From Candidatus Baldrarchaeota archaeon (GTDB lineage: Archaea > Asgardarchaeota > Baldrarchaeia > Baldrarchaeales > DXJG01): DNA of 32,000 bases. The notes under the pieces were generated by a model. It was not told the DNA's origin and searched no databases. It saw only the letters and a program-made list of their open reading frames with translations. The translations under genes and the position numbers were made by a program. The DNA is taken from assembly GCA_019056805.1 (NCBI GenBank), contig DXJG01000009.1, positions 60,001 to 92,000 on the forward strand. The letters run 5' to 3'. Shown here one piece after another: positions 1 through 7,752 of the stretch (within the stretch, counting starts at the first letter, position 1; the number at the start of each line of letters is the position of its first letter).

Positions 1-1
1 T

Positions 2-334
2 GAAATACCAAAAACCATCAGTTTTATAGAAGGAAAGAAAACAGTTGTTCAGAATTTTAAAGAGATAGCTGACATACTAAATAGAGATGTCAAGCACATC
101 TTAAAGTTCTTTCTTAGAGAATTAGCAACAGCAGGTGAAATTGAAGGTACTAGGGCAGTGTTTAAAGGACAATTCTCAAATTACGTATTAAACGACATTG
201 TTAAAAGATACGCTAATCTATATGTTATCTGTCCAGAATGTAAAAAGCCAGACACAAAGATTGTTAGAGAAGGAAGATTCCTGTTCCTTGTTTGTGAAGC
301 TTGTGGCGCAAAAACTCCAATTAAACCGCTCTAG
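2..334 (+). CDS. eif2b: Translation initiation factor aIF-2 beta subunit, C-terminal part (5'-truncated by window edge)
   Basis: Not in the ORF track. Frame 2 from base 2 reads EIPKTISFIEGRKTVVQNFKEIADILNRD...LATAG...YVICPECKKPDTKIVREGRFLFLVCEACGAKTPIKPL*, the C2-C2 zinc ribbon of aIF-2beta; TAG at 332-334. Confidence 0.93.
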   Translation, partial: EIPKTISFIEGKKTVVQNFKEIADILNRDVKHILKFFLRELATAGEIEGTRAVFKGQFSNYVLNDIVKRYANLYVICPECKKPDTKIVREGRFLFLVCEACGAKTPIKPL

Positions 335-357
335 TCCCTTTAATGTTGGTGCAAAGA

Positions 358-657
358 ATGCGTGTCTACCTGAAAGTAAGGCGGGTTCAGAAAGAAATTG
401 TTGTAGCTGTATGTGACGAAGAACTATTAGGTAAGAAGTTTCAAGAAGGAGAATTAAGATTACATGTTAAAGAAGATTTTTACGGAGGAAAACTAGTTTC
501 AATAAAGGAAGGCATTGATGCTATTAAAGAGTCAACCATAGCAAATATAGTTGGTAAAAATATTATTCAAAAATTGATTGAAGAGGGTTTGATAATCGAA
601 GAGGCTGTTATAAAAATTGCCGGGATTCCTCATGTGCAAATAATCAAAATGATATAA
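358..657 (+). CDS. DUF424 family protein
   Basis: VVAVCDEELLGKKF..G.L.L.V...FYGG...A.IANIVG pattern. ATG at 358 preferred over track start 343. Usual neighbour of aIF-2beta/NMD3. Confidence 0.85.
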   Translation: MRVYLKVRRVQKEIVVAVCDEELLGKKFQEGELRLHVKEDFYGGKLVSIKEGIDAIKESTIANIVGKNIIQKLIEEGLIIEEAVIKIAGIPHVQIIKMI

Positions 658-719
658 ATTTCCAACTGTTTTCTTCTTTTGATGCTATAATAACTCATTA
701 TATATTTTGGGGAGAAAAT

Positions 720-1838
720 ATGTCAAAAAATCAAAAAAAGCTATTTTGTATAGAATGTGGTAAGAGTCTTGAAAAAGATGAAATAATTAATGGGCTATGT
801 ATTGATTGTTATCGCAAATTTTACTCTCTTTTTGATGTAAAAGATACAGATATCGATATTTGTCGTAGATGTTTTTCCTTCAGACATCGTAATAAATGGA
901 TAACGGTTAAAACTTCGGATCTAACAGAGGTTGTACAGCAAATATTAAAAGTAAAATCATCATTTCTCACCGAAAAGCATGGAAAAGTTGAGATATCTTT
1001 TGAAAATATAGAATTCGAAAGGAAGAGTGTAGAAGATACGATTACAGCCGTGGTTAGAGTTGTAGGAATAGGAAAACCGATCCCCAAAGTTCCTGTATAC
1101 AAAGAAGTGAAAAATCTTAAATTGAACTTACATTTTACATTATGTCAAAAATGTGCACAATTTACCCGAGAATATTTTGAAGCGATTATTCAACTCAGAG
1201 GAGAGCCAGAACACGTTGATGAAGCTTTAAATATAACACTGAATATCATTGATAACATTTTTAACAAAAGGAAGATGGATGAAAAAGCATTTGTAACAAA
1301 AATCAAAAAGACTAGAGGCGGAATAGATATTTATTTCGGATCTAACAGAATTGCACGTATGGTTGCTTATCAATTACGTGATGAATTAGGAGCAAAAATC
1401 ATAGAAACTAGAAAAATAGTTAGTAAGGATAGACAAACAAGTAAAAATGTTTATAAACAAACATTTTCTGTCAGACTTTTACCTTTTAAAAAGGGAGATA
1501 TACTTGAAATTAATGAAACTGCTTTTCTTGTTTTGGACGATATTCCTTCTAGGGGGAAACTAAGATCATTTAACATTATATCGGGTAAAGAAGAAAATAT
1601 TCCAGTTAAAAATCTTTGGAAAGAGGATATCAAAATTCTTGCACGAGAAAACATTGAAAAATTCATGGTTGCTTCCGTCTCTAAAAATTACGTAACACTT
1701 ATGAATTTACGGGACTATTCTCCCTTAGAGATTAGTAAAGATGATATTCCATTCAAAATTAGTGAAGGAGAAGAAGTAGAAGCCATAAAAATCAAGGGAA
1801 AACTTTATCTACTCCCTAAAGTAATGAAAAAGAAGTAA
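720..1838 (+). CDS. nmd3: NMD3 family ribosome biogenesis protein
   Basis: N-terminal CxxC..CxxC..CxxC zinc motifs, later CQKC followed by YFEAIIQLRG and GGIDIYFGS. Confidence 0.9.
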   Translation: MSKNQKKLFCIECGKSLEKDEIINGLCIDCYRKFYSLFDVKDTDIDICRRCFSFRHRNKWITVKTSDLTEVVQQILKVKSSFLTEKHGKVEISFENIEFERKSVEDTITAVVRVVGIGKPIPKVPVYKEVKNLKLNLHFTLCQKCAQFTREYFEAIIQLRGEPEHVDEALNITLNIIDNIFNKRKMDEKAFVTKIKKTRGGIDIYFGSNRIARMVAYQLRDELGAKIIETRKIVSKDRQTSKNVYKQTFSVRLLPFKKGDILEINETAFLVLDDIPSRGKLRSFNIISGKEENIPVKNLWKEDIKILARENIEKFMVASVSKNYVTLMNLRDYSPLEISKDDIPFKISEGEEVEAIKIKGKLYLLPKVMKKK

Positions 1839-1863
1839 TATAGTACTTAGAAGAGGGATAAAA

Positions 1864-2172
1864 ATGCCCAAAAGAAAAAGAATAGAGGAACCAACCGAAG
1901 TTAGAGAAGTACCATTACCTGGGCCTGGAGAAGTTCTTGGAGTTGTTCTTCAAATGCTAGGCGGAGACAAGGTCAGAGTAAAATGTGTTGATGGATATAC
2001 CAGATTATGTAGAATACCAGGAAGAATGCGCAAAAGAATATGGATAAAAGAAGGTGATATCGTAGTTGTTGCACCTTGGGACTGGCAATTTGAGACAAAG
2101 GGCGACATTACATGGAGATATACAAAAGCACAAGCGAGGTGGTTAGAAGAAAAAGGCTTACTCAAATTTTAA
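1864..2172 (+). CDS. eif1a: Translation initiation factor aIF-1A
   Basis: EVLGVVLQMLGGDKVRVKCVDGYTRLCRIPGRMRKRIWIKEGDIVVVAPWDWQ OB-fold signature. Confidence 0.97.
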   Translation: MPKRKRIEEPTEVREVPLPGPGEVLGVVLQMLGGDKVRVKCVDGYTRLCRIPGRMRKRIWIKEGDIVVVAPWDWQFETKGDITWRYTKAQARWLEEKGLLKF

Positions 2173-2175
2173 ACG

Positions 2176-2964
2176 GTGAGGATTATTTTGGATGATTATG
2201 AAAAAAGAATGAGAAAATTAGAAAAGAAACTAAGCCGTAGAGAAAAAAGAATTAAAGGTGTTGAAGATTTAAAAATTTCTGAAGGAGTTTTTGATAAAGA
2301 CACTCTTTTCACACTCTACTGGTTCGTTAATAAAGGAATATTTGAAGTTCTTTACGGTATTGTAAGTACCGGTAAAGAAGCTAACGTTTACTGGGCCAAA
2401 GATGAAAAAGGCAGAGAATACGCTGTAAAAATATACAGAGCTGCAACATCTGATTTTAAGAAGACTATGCAAATCTATATTCACGGTGATCCACGGTTTA
2501 AACATGTAAAGAGGACTATGCGGGCTTTAATTGTAGCTTGGGCTGAAAAAGAATACAAAAATTTAAGAAGAGCCTATGAAGCAGGTGTTAGAGTTCCCAA
2601 GCCCATAGCTGTCCGTAAAAATGTGCTTGTTATGGAGTTTATCGGCAAGGACGGTGTTCCAGCACCGATTATGAGAGAAAGTCCACCCGAGGATCCTGAA
2701 AAAATATTTAACATTCTCCTAGATTACGTCAAAAAACTGTATAAGTTTGCAAACCTGGTACATGGAGATTTAAGTGAATATAATGTTCTTTTATGGGACG
2801 AGAATCCCGTATTAATTGATATGGCTCAATCTGTTGTTTTAAATCATCCACTCTCTCAAGAATTCTTAATGAGAGATCTTAAAAACCTTTTAAAATATTT
2901 TAGAAATTTAGGCGTAGACGTACCGACATTAGAAGAAGCTTTCAAGTACGTTACGGGGGGATAA
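2176..2964 (+). CDS. rio1: RIO1 serine/threonine kinase
   Basis: STGKEANVY, AVKIYR, LVHGDLSEYNVL, IDMAQSV motifs. Confidence 0.96.
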   Translation: MRIILDDYEKRMRKLEKKLSRREKRIKGVEDLKISEGVFDKDTLFTLYWFVNKGIFEVLYGIVSTGKEANVYWAKDEKGREYAVKIYRAATSDFKKTMQIYIHGDPRFKHVKRTMRALIVAWAEKEYKNLRRAYEAGVRVPKPIAVRKNVLVMEFIGKDGVPAPIMRESPPEDPEKIFNILLDYVKKLYKFANLVHGDLSEYNVLLWDENPVLIDMAQSVVLNHPLSQEFLMRDLKNLLKYFRNLGVDVPTLEEAFKYVTGG

Positions 2965-2967
2965 ACA

Positions 2968-3540
2968 GTGATAAACAAAGAGTTCGTGAAAGTTCCAAGG
3001 GAAAGAATAGCTGTAGTCATAGGTAGACGCGGTGAAGTAAAAAGATACATAGAAAAAGAGACAAAAACAAAAATTACCGTAGATAGCAAAACTGGAGAGA
3101 TTATAATAGAGAGCACTCCAAAAACTGAGGATCCTCTTGCCGTTTGGAAAGCAAGAGATGTAATTTTAGCGATTGGAAGAGGTTTCAGTCCTGAAAGAGC
3201 AAAAAGACTTCTGAAAGATGATCAATTAATCGAAATAATCGACATCTCACAGTTCACTGGAAGATCTAAAAACTCTTTAAGAAGAGTAAAGGGAAGAATT
3301 ATTGGAGAACATGGAAAAACCAGAAAAATCATCGAAGAAATTACAGGTGTAAGCTTATCCATATATGGACGAACTGTTACCTTAATAGGAGATTATGAAT
3401 GGGTTAGAATCGCCAAAAAAGCAATACTAATGCTTATAGAAGGAGCTCCACACGGTACCGTATACAAATTCTTATCAAGGAAAAAGAGAGAATATAAAAG
3501 AGAAAAATTTTCCATACTAAAACCTGCGGAAGCTCCCTGA
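2968..3540 (+). CDS. dim2: KH-domain pre-rRNA processing protein (Dim2/PNO1/Krr1 family)
   Basis: Two KH motifs (VIGRRGEV; RIIGEHGKTRKIIE), AIGRGFSPE; follows RIO1. Confidence 0.92.
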   Translation: MINKEFVKVPRERIAVVIGRRGEVKRYIEKETKTKITVDSKTGEIIIESTPKTEDPLAVWKARDVILAIGRGFSPERAKRLLKDDQLIEIIDISQFTGRSKNSLRRVKGRIIGEHGKTRKIIEEITGVSLSIYGRTVTLIGDYEWVRIAKKAILMLIEGAPHGTVYKFLSRKKREYKREKFSILKPAEAP

Positions 3541-3579
3541 CAAAACGATTTAACACCTACCCTAGACTATATAGATAAA

Positions 3580-4800
3580 TTATATCCAGTCTCCTGTTTC
3601 TATTTTTATTGGTAAATAATGGTCGGTTAAATATTTGAAACCGTGACTTGCCAATGCCTGTATCTCCGCTTTCTCTTTTCTATAAAGCATTAATTTAAGA
3701 TCCTCAACCCACTTCTTATTTCTTTGAACAAACGGTTCTTTAAGCAGTTGTTCAGTCCTTTCTATGTCCGCCTTTGTCATAGGTAAACGAACCTCCTTCG
3801 GAATGTTAAACTCGTCAAGGTCTTTACTTAAAACCCCTAACAACTTGATCTCTGGAGTTGCGAGGAAGGGGCTTTCATAACTAAGCTTCTTACTACCTCT
3901 TAAATAAACAGAGAAAATATAATGTCCATAAGGATCACTATCTACAAGTGCAAAAGCAGGAATTTTAAGTTCTTTTACAAGTTTCCTTAGAAACGCTCTA
4001 GTAGCAATATCTGCAGACCCCTTACCCGTTATAATAATACATGGCAATTTATTCCAATATTTTGCCTCAGCAAGACGAATCAATGCAGCATCCTTTTCCA
4101 CAACTAAGATCAGTTCCGCATCGCTTTCAACAATTTCAACTTGGTCTAGAAACGGAGTTATCGCCCATCCACCACTCCCAAGCCTGGTTAAATCTATGAG
4201 ATCTCCCGAATCTCTAATTATAAGTCTTCCTATAGCAGCTCCCTTTGCTGCTGCAACAACATGAGTACTATTACGTGTAGTTCCAAGCATAGCAGCTATA
4301 TCTTCTATAACATGGTCGCTAAATCTTTGTTCTTTGAAAAGCTTTACATCATTATAAAAGATTTCTCGCTTTGTTGCATGTATTCCTTCCTCTATTAACT
4401 CATGTATTATTTCTAAAATTCTTATAGTGCGTGTAGCATCTGCAACACTAGATAAACTATGAAATACTCTCCTTATCCTTTTTTGACCAAGAAGTAAAAG
4501 ATCGTGATCTTCATCATAAATAATATTGTCAGAAGTTCTTGCAGGAATCTCAAAGACAGGTCTTCCAGATTCTTCAATTTGTCTATAAAGTTCCCTAGCA
4601 GTTTCATGAATTCGTCGATGTACCTCTTCTGCTGGCAACTCTTCTACAACAATTACGTGAGATGGAAGTTTCCCCAGACGTTCTCTCCTCTTGGCCAGTT
4701 GTTCACGAAGTTCTCTAACCCGTTTTAAAAGTTTCTCAAGTTCCCAAACGGGTTTTCTATCAGCAAATTTTTTACGTGTTTTCTTTTTCTCCGTGGCCAT
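3580..4800 (-). CDS. top6A: DNA topoisomerase VI subunit A (Spo11 family) with basic N-terminal extension
   Basis: EIPARTSDNIIYD, winged-helix HATKREIFY with catalytic Tyr, Toprim VVEKDAA and DSDPYG, KAEIQAL. Confidence 0.93.
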   Translation of the reverse strand: MATEKKKTRKKFADRKPVWELEKLLKRVRELREQLAKRRERLGKLPSHVIVVEELPAEEVHRRIHETARELYRQIEESGRPVFEIPARTSDNIIYDEDHDLLLLGQKRIRRVFHSLSSVADATRTIRILEIIHELIEEGIHATKREIFYNDVKLFKEQRFSDHVIEDIAAMLGTTRNSTHVVAAAKGAAIGRLIIRDSGDLIDLTRLGSGGWAITPFLDQVEIVESDAELILVVEKDAALIRLAEAKYWNKLPCIIITGKGSADIATRAFLRKLVKELKIPAFALVDSDPYGHYIFSVYLRGSKKLSYESPFLATPEIKLLGVLSKDLDEFNIPKEVRLPMTKADIERTEQLLKEPFVQRNKKWVEDLKLMLYRKEKAEIQALASHGFKYLTDHYLPIKIETGDWI

Positions 4801-4811
4801 AATGCTTCCCC

Positions 4812-6668
4812 CTAGCTACCACCAGTTTCAATAACCGCAAGTTCTTCAACGGGTGTCTCAACACGTTCAATCGTAGATTTTATCTTCTCTATGAGCATTT
4901 CAGGATCAATGGTACCATCAAATTCGGTATCCGTTTTTAAAATGTTATATAAACTTCTTGCAAATTTTTCAGCGTATTTAGCCAAAACATATGCTCTTTT
5001 AGCTTTTCTCTCCGCGGTTTCTTTTCCTGTAATATAAGCTCGTAATTTCCTAGCTACCTCTTCCAACGCTAGCTTAATTTCCTTTACAAGTAGCTTATCC
5101 TCAGCCAAAGCCTGTTTGCTTTGACCTTTGAACATAACATGAACAAATGGGCCTGCAACATGTACAAATACCCTTACTGGGCCTCTAGGAAGCCCGTTTT
5201 CAAAAACATCAAGCTTATAATTCTTCCAATTAACAGAAGCAGCTGCTTTCCATATAGCACAATCACTATTATCTCTAAGTTTAGGTGTACGATTAACAAA
5301 CCGCCATAACACCTGCGAAGAAGACGTGGTATACGGTATTTCACCACCATATGCTATACAAGCTTCAACAACATAACTTAGTCCTTTACCACTTGTTGGC
5401 GGTCTTGTAACAGCAGCCACAAACTCCGGCTTAAATACCTCTCTCACAACTTTCTCAAAAACTTCGCTTCCAACAGGAACAACGGTATCCTTTGACGGTG
5501 CAAGATATTTTTGCGAAGTAAAAACTTTGAAAAGCACCTCTATTTGTTCCTTTGTTAACTCCCTTGGACTTGTTCTCTTCTTTATCTGAGGTAAACCTAA
5601 CTCTTTTAGTTCTTTATTTGCTTCCTTAAATATTTTTCTCGCTTTTTCCTCGCTCATTCTAGAAAAAGTTTTAGATAGAAAAGATAGAACAGTTTTACAT
5701 TTTGTATCTCTAAGTAAGTCTTGGAATTCTCCAATATTTACAGATGCTGGATGCGGTTTTGCATATTTTGGTTCCGGAGGAAACTCAGATACTCTTCTTG
5801 GATAAACATGAACCTCATTATACGGATCAATAAAAACGATGGTTATATGAGCGTTTAGTAGCGAAGCTCTTTCCACATAAACATCCGCGTATCCTCTCTT
5901 GTATATAATATTTAAGTAATACAGCTTAACAAAAGTGCCGTGAGGAAAAGGAGAATCTACTTTCTTAGGATTAATAGCATAATCCTTTGTGTTCTTTGTT
6001 GTTGTAAAGAAACTGGTAACAGTTGCCTTATCTTTGAGATAATGCTTACTAACCACAGTAATAGGCTTACCAGTAGTATTTTGAGCATCTGTAAATGCAG
6101 ATGGGGCACCAAAACCTTGAGATCCACGAGTTTGTCTAAGTCTCTCACTTTTGCTAGAAGCAAGATAAATACCAAACTTCTTCAAATCTTGCGGAATCAT
6201 TCCTGCACCATTGTCAAAAATAGTAAACTCGTATACACGAACCTTCTCACGATGAGCATCCGAAAGAAAAGTAGGAGTTTCCACTTCCCTAAGCCAAATA
6301 ATAACTACAGGCTCCTTTCTATCTATCAACATTTTAACAGGTTCAATAAACTCCTCAACATGTTCAATAACTTCTTTAGCAGTCTTAAACTCTTTCAAAT
6401 TATTTCCTTTATACTTCCCAATCATTTCCTTAGCTTTTCCAACTATTTCATTCACAACATCCTCGGTAATCTTATTACTAAGGTCATAGGCCTCAGGAAA
6501 TTTCCAATAAAAACTTTCAATAGCATCAAGAGCATTATCCAAAAACTCAGCAACATATTGCATATGTTTATTAAAACCAAATTCAAATCCCACTAACTGT
6601 GTACGTTTCCTCATAAATTCCGCAATCGTACTTTGCTTAATTTCACCTACAAATTTTTCTTGCTCCAC
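4812..6668 (-). CDS. top6B: DNA topoisomerase VI subunit B with large insertion in the GHKL domain
   Basis: GHKL motifs EFLDNALDA, DNGAGM, QTRGSQGFGA, HGT; H2TH region; transducer RFVNRTP and Lys in FKGQSKQAL. GTG start with GAGGG SD. Confidence 0.92.
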   Translation of the reverse strand: MEQEKFVGEIKQSTIAEFMRKRTQLVGFEFGFNKHMQYVAEFLDNALDAIESFYWKFPEAYDLSNKITEDVVNEIVGKAKEMIGKYKGNNLKEFKTAKEVIEHVEEFIEPVKMLIDRKEPVVIIWLREVETPTFLSDAHREKVRVYEFTIFDNGAGMIPQDLKKFGIYLASSKSERLRQTRGSQGFGAPSAFTDAQNTTGKPITVVSKHYLKDKATVTSFFTTTKNTKDYAINPKKVDSPFPHGTFVKLYYLNIIYKRGYADVYVERASLLNAHITIVFIDPYNEVHVYPRRVSEFPPEPKYAKPHPASVNIGEFQDLLRDTKCKTVLSFLSKTFSRMSEEKARKIFKEANKELKELGLPQIKKRTSPRELTKEQIEVLFKVFTSQKYLAPSKDTVVPVGSEVFEKVVREVFKPEFVAAVTRPPTSGKGLSYVVEACIAYGGEIPYTTSSSQVLWRFVNRTPKLRDNSDCAIWKAAASVNWKNYKLDVFENGLPRGPVRVFVHVAGPFVHVMFKGQSKQALAEDKLLVKEIKLALEEVARKLRAYITGKETAERKAKRAYVLAKYAEKFARSLYNILKTDTEFDGTIDPEMLIEKIKSTIERVETPVEELAVIETGGS

Positions 6669-6743
6669 GTCGCAACCCTCACTAAACTATTAACACCGAA
6701 ATAAGATAAACTTGTCTAAACAACAAAACACAACAAATTAAAT

Positions 6744-6763
6744 TCTGGTATTAAAATACCAGA
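6744..6763. promoter_or_regulatory. 9-bp inverted repeat (TCTGGTATT-AA-AATACCAGA) upstream of top6B
   Basis: Perfect arms read directly; lies 76-95 bp upstream of the top6B start. Function inferred only. Confidence 0.35.
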
Positions 6764-7087
6764 TATGCCGCGAAGCAACTATCTTAAAGTTGCAAAATAT
6801 ATTATAATGAAACCTAAAAAGTTTTCTATTCCCCATTTCAAACTAAATAGATACCTACACCAACAAAATCCTGATTCCAATCGTTTCAATTCTACAATAC
6901 TTTATTTCTCCACAAAGATGCCCAATACATATACCCTAAACCCTAAATAAGCACAGAACAACACAACATCCACAGAATCCAAAAAACCTCTAATCACCTC
7001 AGAATACAAAAAACCTAAAAAACGCATCAAAACATAAAATTAAAATACCCAACCAACAAACTTAAAATAAAATAACACTAAAAACGT

Positions 7088-7215
7088 GCCGCCGTAGCTC
7101 AGATGGTAGAGGAAACCCGCTGAAAGCGCCGGATGTGGCTTAAAACCACAGGCGAAGCTGTTAACAAAAGGTAGAAACCCGGCGGTCCCCGGTTCGAGTC
7201 CGGGCGGCGGCGCCA
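7088..7215 (+). tRNA. tRNA-Asn(GTT) with three introns (22/23: 7110-7124; 30/31: 7133-7156; 37/38: 7164-7176), CCA encoded
   Basis: Removing the three segments gives a perfect 76-nt cloverleaf GCCGCCG-TA-GCTC-AGATGGTA-GAGC-G-CCGGG-CTGTTAA-CCCGG-CGGTC-CCCGG-TTCGAGT-CCGGG-CGGCGGC-G-CCA. G73 fits Asn. BHB-type motifs at the junctions. Confidence 0.9.
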
Positions 7216-7334
7216 CATACTTGCCTTTCACTCTAAACGCAAAATTAAAGAACCATCTGTAAAATACTGAGAAAAGTAAACTTTTAATCATCAACATTAT
7301 ATTAAAATAGTAGAAGTAAAAGTTATCAATAAGT

Positions 7335-7448
7335 GGGCCCGTAGCTCAGCCCGGTTAGGCAGCACAAACCACGGAAAGAGCGACAGGCTCATAATCCTCG
7401 AGAGGAGAAACCTGTTGGTCGTGGGTTCAAATCCCACCGGGCCCACCA
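7335..7448 (+). tRNA. tRNA-CAT, most likely tRNA-Ile2 (agmatidine type), with two introns (20a/21: 7357-7376; 37/38: 7394-7409), CCA encoded
   Basis: Spliced form GGGCCCG-TA-GCTC-AGCCCGGTTA-GAGC-G-ACAGG-CTCATAA-CCTGT-TGGTC-GTGGG-TTCAAAT-CCCAC-CGGGCCC-A-CCA. The GGGCCC acceptor stem is the archaeal Ile type; no A1-U72, so not the initiator. Confidence 0.88.
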
Positions 7449-7451
7449 TAT

Positions 7452-7495
7452 CAATTTTGTTTTTTAACTATTTCTATTATAATTTCTTTTTGTTA
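7452..7495 (+). terminator. T-rich putative terminator after the tRNA pair
   Basis: Oligo-T tracts (ttttgtttttt; tttctttttg) directly 3' of tRNA-Ile. Confidence 0.4.
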
Positions 7496-7752
7496 AAATT
7501 CCTGATCATTCTTTTTCAGGCTCGGTTCAAAAGAAAATACGTCAATGTATTATTTATGTTATGAAATCAGAGAATTTCTTAAGCACATTTTTAGACGGTT
7601 TTGCATCTATAACAGAGTGAAGCATTATCGATATCTTCATTATTTTTAATTGCTGTAATAATTAACAATGTGGAATAGCTTTTTGATTGGTTTGAAGTTA
7701 ATTTGTGAGCAAAGTTGAAAAAAATTCTTAACAACCTGTAGGTGTGTTGTTA

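Noticed and set aside
198-416. 72-aa ORF in the track
   Set aside because: Out-of-frame shadow of the real aIF-2beta C-terminus (2-334) and the DUF424 start.
5940-6596. 218-aa plus-strand ORF
   Set aside because: Antisense to top6B with no recognisable motifs. The same applies to the other short antisense ORFs over NMD3, serA, rpp30, rrp42, the GNAT and the ECF genes.
3550-6710. TTAACACC...AGATAAA similarity at both ends of the top6 pair
   Set aside because: Short, AT-rich, unevenly spaced and in direct rather than inverted orientation, so it cannot mark inversion breakpoints.
6765-6950. 61-aa ORF in the top6B-tRNA spacer
   Set aside because: Low-complexity A/C-rich DNA, no SD or motif; explained by local skew.
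6669-7087. Canonical Orc1/Cdc6 replication origin
   Set aside because: No ORB-like TTCCAGTGGAAAC/G-string repeats and no cdc6 or whiP gene; only the skew observation is retained.
7118-7150. Calling the first tRNA Phe (GAA in CTGAAAG) or Leu (TAA in CTTAAAA)
   Set aside because: Neither gives a cloverleaf with correct spacing; only the GTT reading restores a 5-bp anticodon stem and fits G73.
7040-7297. 85-aa minus-strand ORF
   Set aside because: Antisense to tRNA-Asn.
7500-7640. 28-aa minus-strand micro-ORF (MKISIMLHSVIDAKPSKNVLKKFSDFIT) after tRNA-Ile
   Set aside because: No SD, motif or homology I can recognise.
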